A DNA stretch of 64,000 nucleotides from the IMG/VR virus record IMGVR_UViG_3300032218_003260. One strand, 5' to 3'. Origin of the DNA: a virus (lineage: Duplodnaviria; Caudoviricetes). The translations under genes and the position numbers were made by a program. This document shows, piece by piece, positions 46,190-54,393 of this stretch (the stretch's first letter is position 1; every line of letters starts with the position of its first letter). The notes beneath the pieces were generated by a model that was not told the origin of the DNA, made no database searches, and worked only from the letters and a program-made list of their open reading frames with translations.

Positions 46190-48205
46190 TCATGCTTGTG
46201 GTTGTTGAGGTTTCAAGAGTGTCATGGCCTTGGCAAACATGTGCGGATCGAGCTTGGGTTGCGGCGGAAGCTTGGGCGAGCGCAACAAGCCTTGACCTAA
46301 ACCAGTCAGGCCATAACCAGCAGCGCCCATCAGGCCCATGGCGCCAATCCCTGCGCCTACGCGGCCCCGGAAGCCTTTGGTGAGGTCTTTCAGCGCTTGG
46401 CCTTTGTGCGTGACTAACACAGGCTCGAAGATGTCGCTGAGCGCTACGCGATTGGGCAGCCACGCATTGGGATCGCCCTTGAACTTGCCGCCAACGAGAC
46501 GTTCATACAAGCTCGCCGGGCCGCCACCACAGTGCGTGCCGTAGCAATTGGTGCGGCCAAACATGCGGCGAAATGTATTTAATCCAGCAACTTCGCCCAC
46601 CGCTGTTTGACCAGCAGCAACACCAGCGTAGGGATCGACACCCATGCGCTTGGCGGCCTGTAAAAACTCTGCCTCGTTGTTAATCTTAGCGCGATACGGC
46701 TCTTTAACGCGCATCCATAACGTCGGCTTGTGCCCGATTGGCTCTTTTTTGCCGCGATAATACCCCCGCGGATTCTGACTCGAACCTTCAGTGACCGTGT
46801 GCTTGTAAACCGTGTCGGCGCCATGTGGCACTAATCTCTGCGGGCGCTCTTCCAGCTGGCGCTCAACAGTTTTGATCCAGCCGTCGTCATGTAACCCAGT
46901 GTTATCTCGAAAGCCGTCCAGCCAGTCACGCACAGCGTCGCGCGCACCGCCCAAGCCTTTTTGCCACCAGCCTTTGATTGCATCTTTGGGTAAGTCGGTG
47001 CCGTGCGCAGCGATGTAATCAGCCGGCGTGCGCCCAACATTCGTGGCGCTCATGCCGCCGTGTAACAAGCTGGGCACAAATGTCTCAAACTGCTTTGGTT
47101 TAAATAACTTTGATTTGGGCAGCGCTGCGGGATTACCACCGGCAGCTTCGAGAAGCGCTTCAACTGTGCGCTTCTGCGTCGTGGTTTGTGGGCCACGCGC
47201 TTCTATACTGCGTGCAAGATTATCCCAGCGCTCTGGCGCTGTACGCCGAAGATCTTGCGCAATCTGCTTGAACTTGGGATTCTTCGCGGCCATCTCGTCG
47301 AAGCGTTTGGCCAGTGCTTCTTGTCGGTCTGCGCTGCCTGTTAATTGTGTTAATTCACGATCAAAGTTCTGCGCTTTTGTATCTGGCCCGTCAAAGAAAC
47401 CGCCCTCAAACGTCGGTGACCATGTTGCACGCGTTTTGCCGCTGGGGCTAGTTTTTAATTCACCTGTCTGTGTCTTACCTGCATCTTCTGAGACACGAGC
47501 AAGAAAACGCTTGAAGCCTTTGACAGCTTTTGTTTTGGCGCCGACTGCTTTGTTTACTTCAGCGAGATCGGGCCGCGGGACTTTGGGCGGCGTGGCTGAT
47601 TTCCCGGCACTGACAGCCGCGTCATATGTATCCCATGCTTTCTGCCGTGCTTGAAGCTGCGCCAATTGTTTCGTCCGGCCACGCAGGCGTTCTTTTGCGT
47701 TACCGTAGGACTCCGTGCCCTGCATGTTCTCTTTGGCATCAGCAGCGACAGACTTACGCCACGCTTTTGGATCGCGCATCTGGGGTGAGTACAGCTCGCC
47801 GCGGTCGTTCATGAGGTACGGCAGTGGCGCGCCCAACTCACCCTTGGGTACGCCAGTCACGCTCCAGTGTGGGCGCACATATGGGCCGGCTACTTGGCCG
47901 TGTGCGCCCGGGCCGCCTGACGCAGCATGAGACCCGCGCACCAATGTGTTTGTGAATAAATCTCCGCCGCCTTGTAAGCCAGACAGGCCAAAGTCGCCCG
48001 GCTGAACTTCCTGCATGACCTTTTTAAGATCTACAAGGCCATTGGCGAGCGTAGCATCAGGAGCAGCTTCGAGAATCTTGCGGTACTGCGGGTACTCGCG
48101 AAAGATGTACTCCAACAGACTGACACCGGGCGGAAGAGCAGCGATACCGGCGCCAACTGGGCGGTAATCAAACGGCGCTTTTGACGAAGAATCTTGTACG
48201 GGCAT
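46190..48205 (-). CDS. Large hypothetical protein with a possible C-terminal permuted papain-like domain
   Basis: 671 aa; C-terminal ...DPY...NCYGTHC...LY...LPNRV.LSDIFEPV followed by a Gly-rich TM segment. Confidence 0.6.
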   Translation of the reverse strand: MPVQDSSSKAPFDYRPVGAGIAALPPGVSLLEYIFREYPQYRKILEAAPDATLANGLVDLKKVMQEVQPGDFGLSGLQGGGDLFTNTLVRGSHAASGGPGAHGQVAGPYVRPHWSVTGVPKGELGAPLPYLMNDRGELYSPQMRDPKAWRKSVAADAKENMQGTESYGNAKERLRGRTKQLAQLQARQKAWDTYDAAVSAGKSATPPKVPRPDLAEVNKAVGAKTKAVKGFKRFLARVSEDAGKTQTGELKTSPSGKTRATWSPTFEGGFFDGPDTKAQNFDRELTQLTGSADRQEALAKRFDEMAAKNPKFKQIAQDLRRTAPERWDNLARSIEARGPQTTTQKRTVEALLEAAGGNPAALPKSKLFKPKQFETFVPSLLHGGMSATNVGRTPADYIAAHGTDLPKDAIKGWWQKGLGGARDAVRDWLDGFRDNTGLHDDGWIKTVERQLEERPQRLVPHGADTVYKHTVTEGSSQNPRGYYRGKKEPIGHKPTLWMRVKEPYRAKINNEAEFLQAAKRMGVDPYAGVAAGQTAVGEVAGLNTFRRMFGRTNCYGTHCGGGPASLYERLVGGKFKGDPNAWLPNRVALSDIFEPVLVTHKGQALKDLTKGFRGRVGAGIGAMGLMGAAGYGLTGLGQGLLRSPKLPPQPKLDPHMFAKAMTLLKPQQPQA

Positions 48206-48320
48206 AGTGCGACCGTTGTTTTGCTAACAATATCTCGCCCATTCTACTGCGCTTTATTCTATTACAAAAGCTGGGTTGGACTGAAAATGAGTTACGGCGC
48301 TGTAAAAACAGTTACCAAAG

Positions 48321-48334
48321 CGCTGATAGCTAAA
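48321..48334 (+). repeat. CGCTGATAGCTAAA element, copy 1
   Basis: Identical copy at 53267-53280; perfect reverse complement at 48905-48918. Confidence 0.9.
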
Positions 48335-48385
48335 AAAACGCTTGGCAGCCGGGAGTGGTTAGCTCCCGGACTGCGTCTGCGTTTT
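48332..48385 (-). terminator. Intrinsic terminator
   Basis: GCAG(T)CCGGGAG/CTCCCGGCTGC stem followed by a T7 run on the minus strand. Confidence 0.75.
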
Positions 48386-48802
48386 TCAATTGACCGACTC
48401 CGCGATAGCCGCGTTGTAATCATAGCTGGTCATGTAACCACGGTTAATAACCACCGTTAATTGCGCAAAACAATTGTCGATTTCTTTGTTGCACGCGTCG
48501 ATTTCCGGCCATTTGGCGAGGGCTCGGATGAGGGCGTCGCGGGAATCTTGCTGTTGCCGAATCTTGGCATTGATTTCGGTCATCGCGGCTTCCCACGCAG
48601 CTTTGTCGACGTACTTGTGTTTGTTAAGCGCCGGCGACCACACGAACCGCTCACTCAACGGGGCGGTGATGTCCGTGGTGGTTTTCCTTGGCAGGAAGTG
48701 CCGACAGGCAATCCACAGCACTGTCATGACTACCATGCCAGCAATGAGCGACTGGCCCATCGCGTACATCAGCCCGGCAACAAACATCAGAATCGTATCC
48801 AT
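48386..48802 (-). CDS. Membrane-anchored hypothetical protein (cassette gene)
   Basis: Start MDTILMF; N-terminal TM segment; has its own promoter-like motif and terminator. Confidence 0.65.
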   Translation of the reverse strand: MDTILMFVAGLMYAMGQSLIAGMVVMTVLWIACRHFLPRKTTTDITAPLSERFVWSPALNKHKYVDKAAWEAAMTEINAKIRQQQDSRDALIRALAKWPEIDACNKEIDNCFAQLTVVINRGYMTSYDYNAAIAESVN

Positions 48803-48878
48803 CGTGGTTTTCCCTTGTGGAAAGAATGCGGCTGGAGACACAACACGTGGCTTACCAGCAAAGAGCTAGGCTCCTCAC

Positions 48879-48910
48879 TAGATATACCCGGTTTTGGCCG
48901 TTTATTTAGC
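48879..48910 (-). promoter_or_regulatory. Bipartite promoter-like motif CTAAATA-N17-ATAT, copy 1
   Basis: Minus strand GCTAAATAAACGGCCAAAACCGGGTATATCTA; five copies with exactly 17-nt spacing. Confidence 0.7.
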
Positions 48911-48912
48911 TA

Positions 48913-51900
48913 TCAGCGGTTAGCGGTATACGCGACGCCCGCACCACCCGCTGCAAGCCCGCCGACCCCGGCTGCGCCATAGCCCACGCGCTTAGCCATT
49001 GGGACCATGGGCGATGCCACGGTCATGCCGTAGCGAATCGCGGGGCCGTACACCATCTTGCTCAGCGTCGGATTCACGCCGGATTCCTGCGGCTTGTACA
49101 CCATGCTGTGATCGGCTGCGTTCATACCTTGTAGCCGCCGGGGCGATAACTGAAACTCAACAGGTGTGCCTTTGAGCGTCCCTTTGATGTTATGCCCATG
49201 ATAGCCGGGGCGCATTAACATCTTGGACCCAGTGATTTGCACACCAGCGTCTGTCAGTTGTTTTGTTAACGAATCAACAGCAGGTTGACCGTAGCCTTGG
49301 CTGGACGAAAGCCGAAAGCCAAGTAAGTCGTTGGTGACTTGATCTGTTCCGTGGCCTGCGATGCTTCCGGGTGTCTTCACGCGGCCGGCATATGTCTGGA
49401 AACCCTGCGGCTTGAACGACGACAAGAACTCGTTGCCAGCCTGCAGGGCTTGATTGCGCTCGGCGTGCAGGATGCCTTCGGGGACAGAATTACCCAGCGT
49501 CGTCATGGGCCCGCGGAACGACTGGCGCGCAGCTGTCATGCCTTTCGACAGCCCTTTGAAACCCAGCCTGCGTCCAAGCCCCATAGCGCCAGAAACTAAC
49601 CCAGCCGACTTTTCTTTCGCGTCGGGCCAGCCGGGTTTGAGCTGGTAGTCATACACAGGCTCGCCGGCCAACAGCTGCTGCTTGGCCAATGTGGGCACAG
49701 CGCCAGCGATCGAACCGTCTGGTTGGGGCTGTAACCGATAGCGTTCTTTCAGCCACTGTTTATGATATTCAGGCGTTTCTTTGGCCAGCCGATCAAACTG
49801 CTGCGTGGCGATAAACGTGTTGATATCATCCGGCGTCATCGTAATCGGGTGCAGCTTTTCGCGCTGTTTTTTCAGGGGCGTGATGCTGTAATGCACACCC
49901 TCTTGTAGCGGCGTTTTATTTTCGCGCTCTGCTAGGTGTTTGCGCAGCCGGTCAAGCACGGCCTGTTGTTTTTTTTTATTACCGGGTAACACAGCGCGGG
50001 CTTCACCAGTGCGGGCGTTGTTATATGCAATCCCGGGATGGTCTAACTCGTCCAAAATAGTATGCAAAGACTTGCGCAGGTTTACGCCTTGTACGTCGCC
50101 GTCAAAGCGATACACGCCGGCTTTTTTATCTGTCACTTGTCTGGCCGCGGCGTCAGCTTTAAACCCGCCCAGCGTCTTCTTGCCGTAGTGCGCGAGCATG
50201 GGCGCAGAAGACGCCAGCATGTATGTGGGCAGGCCAATAAACGCCGATCGGCCGCCCTTGAGCTTCATCTGGCGCATGAGCTTGGCGCCCCGACGAGACG
50301 CATCAAACTCAGACGCTAACATCGGCACTGCGCCGACTGTACCCGCAATCGCCGAGTTCCGAGAGTTAGTCTCGTTGTTTGAAAGCAGCGCGCCGGCCGT
50401 ACCTAATCCCAGCGCCGGCCGACCGATTTGATTACCGCGCATGAGCCATTTGCCGCCCATGTGGTGCCCGATCTCGTGCGCTAACACGCCGGGGTTACTC
50501 ATGCGCGGACTATGGCCAATCGTGGGTTTTGATATCCCCATACCCGGATTTGCCGGTGTATAAAACGCGGGGGTGTTGCGCACACTATCAGCCGCTGAAC
50601 GGCGCATTCTGTACTTGATGTTATTCATGAGATCGCCAAGCCAGTTGCCCGTTGTTTTAGGTGCTATCTTTGGGTCAATCTTGCTGGCAACGTTCAAACT
50701 ATCTGTCACATCTACGCCCTGCCCCTTTGCGTAGTCACTGAGTTGTTGCCACGCTTGCGATGTTTCAAGCGTCGGCACAGCGTTCATTTCTGGGCGCGCA
50801 ACACGGTTCATGTACGCAGTTAATGGCACGCCAATCGCAGCATTTGTCGCCGGCATGCCACCGAGGTACCAGCCCATCGAGTGCCCTAAACCGGGCTTAG
50901 CGGGTTCTTTTTTTTTTGCTTCGATTGCGCTTTTTTTACCAAAACGCGCAGCAAAATCTGCGGGCGATACCGGGCGAATCGAAGGCGGCGCGGCTGTTGT
51001 TGCTGGGGCGGCCGGCGGTGTGGCCGGCGCTGCAGTGGGCGATACAGGGCGCTGCATAACTGGCGAGGGAGCCGGACGAGCTGCCGGGGCTGGGCTTGGT
51101 CGCGGAACAGCAGTTGGAGCCGGCTGCGCAACTGGCGTGGGTCTAGCTTGCTGCGAAACAGGAGCGGGAACCGGACGCGCTGCCGGCCGAGGTGCTGACG
51201 TTACCGCTTGCCCCGCTCCGGTGGCGCGTTGCGTGTCTATTCGCTGGCGCATCAGCTGATAATTTTGCAATTTTTGCCATTCTGGTACGCCGTCGTTCAC
51301 GTTTACAACGTTTTTCATGTAACTACTGAGGTCGGCGCTCGTGGGCCGTGCAGGCATTTTGAACGGTGTGCGCGCAGCTGCCGCAATTGGTTTTTTCGCA
51401 ACTCCGCTGACCGCTTTACCAGCCATGCGACCAATCGAGCTGAGTAAACCGGCCATCTTCTCCCCGCCTACAGAATTGGCTGTCCCAAACGCGGCGTTCC
51501 CTGTGATATCACCCGTCGAAGACAACGCGCCGTATGAATTAATAGGATTGGCGTTGGGAGACGAACCGCCGCCAACAGGGGGTAGTTGGCCAGACGGAGC
51601 AGGCGAGCCCGTGTTTGCTGGCTGGGCGGCGGGAGCCTGTGGTTGGCCTTGTGGCGCCTGTGCCTGCATACCCATAGGGAGCGGCGTACCCATCGCCGGC
51701 ATGGCATATCGCTTAATTCCGGCGTTTGCAGGCATCCGGGCAGCCTCTCGGGCCTCCATTTCAGCCCTTTCATTCTCCATCGCCTGCATAATGGGCTGCG
51801 ACAAAACAGCAGAAAGCTTCGCCATTAACGTGTTTACACCATAATTTGGCTTTGTTTCCGAGTTACATCTTTCGCCCTTGGTTTTAACGACCTTGGGTGG

Positions 51901-52725
51901 ATTTTCGCCTGCAACTGTGGGCTTATCACTGGCCGGCTGCTCGATATAGACCTCTTTGGTGTCCGCTTTCTTGGATAATTTCCTGTAAATATCGAGGGCT
52001 ACAGAGTTTACAGCCGATTGTTTGTAAGTTGTCATGGGAGGTTTATTTGCAAAGGCTGCGTTAATGGGGGATTGGCTTGCGGTACCGGTGACATGGGGCA
52101 AAAACCCGACAACTCCACCAACACCAAGGTTCATGACACCGTTTGCGACTCCGATACCCTTCTCTAATGTCTCGGTAGGGAGTTCGCCATGTTGTTTTAC
52201 ATAGCGCTGCGTCTGATTCTGAAGCTGCTGGACGTCTTTATACGCTCTGGTGGCTTTATTGACGGTACTTTTATTGACGTTGGCGAAAGTCTTGGGGAGT
52301 TTTGAGTTTACAAGCTTATCGGAGAGTTCTAGTTGGCGCGCAGAGAGGACAGCAGCGTTGGGGAGGCGCTTGAGCAGTCTGTATGAGCGCATGGGGTTAA
52401 AAAACAGCACGCTTTCCCTTGCGGCATTCTGAAACAACTGCTGCAACATCGGCGAGCCAACACGTTTTGATAGCATTCCGGCAGCTGCAAGGCCGGCGGT
52501 TGTGCCCAGAGTGCTTAATCCAGCGGCAGCGGCAGTGTCTCGGGCTGCGGCACCGGGAGAAAAGTCGGCTTGCTTGGCCTCTGTGTCAGGTTCTTTGTCT
52601 TTTTTACTGTCAGACGCGTACATGGGGAGTTTCTTTTTGATCGGATACTCGTGCGCCCAGCGTTTGGCAAGCTCTGGATGCTCGGCCCACAGAAACCTAC
52701 GCTGCTTTTCTGACTTAAACGGCAT
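48913..52725 (-). CDS. Polyvalent polyprotein: Zn peptidase, acylphosphatase-like and RelA/SpoT-like synthetase modules
   Basis: 1270 aa; MPFKSEKQRR N-module; HEIGH...EFDAS (aa750-810); DVQGVNLR (aa877-884); GRVKT/DLLGFR/GYHG/VEFQ/DHSMVYK (aa1114-1211); K-x-A sites between modules. Confidence 0.8.
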   Translation of the reverse strand: MPFKSEKQRRFLWAEHPELAKRWAHEYPIKKKLPMYASDSKKDKEPDTEAKQADFSPGAAARDTAAAAGLSTLGTTAGLAAAGMLSKRVGSPMLQQLFQNAARESVLFFNPMRSYRLLKRLPNAAVLSARQLELSDKLVNSKLPKTFANVNKSTVNKATRAYKDVQQLQNQTQRYVKQHGELPTETLEKGIGVANGVMNLGVGGVVGFLPHVTGTASQSPINAAFANKPPMTTYKQSAVNSVALDIYRKLSKKADTKEVYIEQPASDKPTVAGENPPKVVKTKGERCNSETKPNYGVNTLMAKLSAVLSQPIMQAMENERAEMEAREAARMPANAGIKRYAMPAMGTPLPMGMQAQAPQGQPQAPAAQPANTGSPAPSGQLPPVGGGSSPNANPINSYGALSSTGDITGNAAFGTANSVGGEKMAGLLSSIGRMAGKAVSGVAKKPIAAAARTPFKMPARPTSADLSSYMKNVVNVNDGVPEWQKLQNYQLMRQRIDTQRATGAGQAVTSAPRPAARPVPAPVSQQARPTPVAQPAPTAVPRPSPAPAARPAPSPVMQRPVSPTAAPATPPAAPATTAAPPSIRPVSPADFAARFGKKSAIEAKKKEPAKPGLGHSMGWYLGGMPATNAAIGVPLTAYMNRVARPEMNAVPTLETSQAWQQLSDYAKGQGVDVTDSLNVASKIDPKIAPKTTGNWLGDLMNNIKYRMRRSAADSVRNTPAFYTPANPGMGISKPTIGHSPRMSNPGVLAHEIGHHMGGKWLMRGNQIGRPALGLGTAGALLSNNETNSRNSAIAGTVGAVPMLASEFDASRRGAKLMRQMKLKGGRSAFIGLPTYMLASSAPMLAHYGKKTLGGFKADAAARQVTDKKAGVYRFDGDVQGVNLRKSLHTILDELDHPGIAYNNARTGEARAVLPGNKKKQQAVLDRLRKHLAERENKTPLQEGVHYSITPLKKQREKLHPITMTPDDINTFIATQQFDRLAKETPEYHKQWLKERYRLQPQPDGSIAGAVPTLAKQQLLAGEPVYDYQLKPGWPDAKEKSAGLVSGAMGLGRRLGFKGLSKGMTAARQSFRGPMTTLGNSVPEGILHAERNQALQAGNEFLSSFKPQGFQTYAGRVKTPGSIAGHGTDQVTNDLLGFRLSSSQGYGQPAVDSLTKQLTDAGVQITGSKMLMRPGYHGHNIKGTLKGTPVEFQLSPRRLQGMNAADHSMVYKPQESGVNPTLSKMVYGPAIRYGMTVASPMVPMAKRVGYGAAGVGGLAAGGAGVAYTANR

Positions 52726-52942
52726 TGGCGTAGCTCGAAGGATAGTGAACTCAGCGGAAATCCCGGATAGTTGGAGTTCAAACTAGTCGGAAAAACCTAT
52801 AAGTTGGTCGGCGCGGCTGTTCCAAAGCTGAATACGCCCCCATTTTGGCATACAAGGGCTGAGAAGAAAAGGGCGAAGGCGCGTCTGATACACTAGAAGG
52901 TGGTTTTAAAAATGGACTTGGCGTTTCGACAAGGAGGCCGCC

Positions 52943-53272
52943 ATGAAAGCTCTACGGATTATGTTATTTAGCCTGCTGTGCGTGATCGCTATGGGGCAGG
53001 TTTGCGCTGATACAGTGTTAATGTTTTCCGCTGACTGGTGCAAATACTGCCAGATAGCCAAAAAAGACCTACTGGAAAATAAAGACGAGGTGGCAGAGTG
53101 GAATATCGCGGTGGTCGATACTGATGAGAGCCGAGAAATGGCGGAACAGTATGGCGTAAATAGCCTGCCGACGTTTATCTATCTAAACGACGCCGGGGAA
53201 GAACTAGCCCGGGTGGTTGGCTATAAGGGCTACCGCCAGTTAAAGCGCTGGGTGGAAAAGAATAAGCGCTGA
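52943..53272 (+). CDS. Exported thioredoxin-like protein
   Basis: 109 aa; GGAGG RBS, signal-like N-terminus, WCKYC and SLPTF. The only credible plus-strand gene. Confidence 0.9.
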   Translation: MKALRIMLFSLLCVIAMGQVCADTVLMFSADWCKYCQIAKKDLLENKDEVAEWNIAVVDTDESREMAEQYGVNSLPTFIYLNDAGEELARVVGYKGYRQLKRWVEKNKR

Positions 53273-53301
53273 TAGCTAAAGAAAAGACGCAGCTTTTCCT
53301 G

Positions 53302-53499
53302 TTATAGGGTCTTTACGGCGCTGAACTGTTTTATCATCTGCATCACATAACTGAGCAGCGCCGAGTTATCTCCCGGAAGCTCAGTTATGACGTGGTGCAT
53401 GATTCCGAGCACGAGTACAAGAGCCTGTCGGTCATGCTCTTTTGACGCGTGCTGTACCGCTTGAAACATCATGACTGTGATGATATCCGCAGGGGTCAT
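53302..53499 (-). CDS. Small hypothetical protein
   Basis: 65 aa with an AAGGAA RBS. Confidence 0.5.
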   Translation of the reverse strand: MTPADIITVMMFQAVQHASKEHDRQALVLVLGIMHHVITELPGDNSALLSYVMQMIKQFSAVKTL

Positions 53500-53514
53500 T
53501 AGGTTCCTTTAGTT

Positions 53515-53570
53515 AAAAAAAAGCGCATGCAGCCCCGGGGCTTGGGCGGCACCCGGGGCTGCAATACGCT
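53515..53570 (-). terminator. Intrinsic terminator
   Basis: 12-bp stem TGCAGCCCCGGG/CCCGGGGCTGCA plus a T run. Confidence 0.8.
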
Positions 53571-53604
53571 TCCGCGCAGCAATGGTTACATTACTGCGCA
53601 CACA

Positions 53605-54264
53605 TCAGGTCGTCGCCGTAGCGAGCGCCGTGGCGGTCTTCACCGCGCGGCGGCCTTTGGAGCCGTTCTTGATCGCCGTGGCGCGAGCCTTGGCGATCTC
53701 CTCCTTGTCCACACCCGCCGTGAAGAGGGTGTAGCAGGTCTCGGCGAGCACGCCGGCGGTGACCGCGCAGGTGAGCACGCTCACGAGCTTGGCCGTACCG
53801 ACCGTCGCGCCAGCAGCGACCGCGAGGCCGCCGATGGTGCTGCCGACCAGCACGCCGCCAGTGACAGCAACGCCGATGGCCGCGGCGCCGCACAGGATCT
53901 TGATGGCGACCGTGTTGAGCTTGATCCAGTCCACATTCTTCGTCGAGACGAGGTTGCGGACATAGGCCAGCGCCAACTTGGCGTCACCAACAGCGCGCTT
54001 CATCTGGGCGCCGATCCAGTTCAGGACGCCGGCGCACCACTCGTAGATCGTGGTGAACACCTTGCCCATGAACTCCCAGACCGCCCGCCCGACCGCCAGC
54101 AGCGAGTCGAGCAGGTTGTCGAGAGAGGAACCGAGACCCTTGCCGGCCGTCTCGCAGAAGCCCGGCTCGCGCCGCGGTGCTCGTGTGATCTTGCCAGTCT
54201 TGGACTTGGCCTTCACACCAGCGTGACCACCGACAGCGGGAGCAGCAGAAACTTGAACCGTCAT
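53605..54264 (-). CDS. Ala/Gly/Val-rich hydrophobic protein (cassette gene)
   Basis: 219 aa; strongly GC3-biased codons; between promoter copy 2 and a terminator. Confidence 0.65.
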   Translation of the reverse strand: MTVQVSAAPAVGGHAGVKAKSKTGKITRAPRREPGFCETAGKGLGSSLDNLLDSLLAVGRAVWEFMGKVFTTIYEWCAGVLNWIGAQMKRAVGDAKLALAYVRNLVSTKNVDWIKLNTVAIKILCGAAAIGVAVTGGVLVGSTIGGLAVAAGATVGTAKLVSVLTCAVTAGVLAETCYTLFTAGVDKEEIAKARATAIKNGSKGRRAVKTATALATATT

Positions 54265-54359
54265 CGCAACCTCTTCTTTCTATAGAGAGGAGTCAAGCTA
54301 CGCCTAACCCGGGTAACATGCGGGGGTATCGACAACACGCCGATACCAGAGAGGGTCAC

Positions 54360-54390
54360 TAGATATACCCGGTTTTTCGGGTTTATTTAG
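54360..54390 (-). promoter_or_regulatory. Bipartite promoter-like motif, copy 2
   Basis: CTAAATAAACCCGAAAAACCGGGTATATCTA. Confidence 0.7.
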
Positions 54391-54393
54391 TTA

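Noticed and set aside
48321-48918. IS or transposon bounded by 14-bp TIRs
   Set aside because: No transposase and no target-site duplication (flanks CCAAAG and GTTAGC). Reported as a cassette boundary motif instead.
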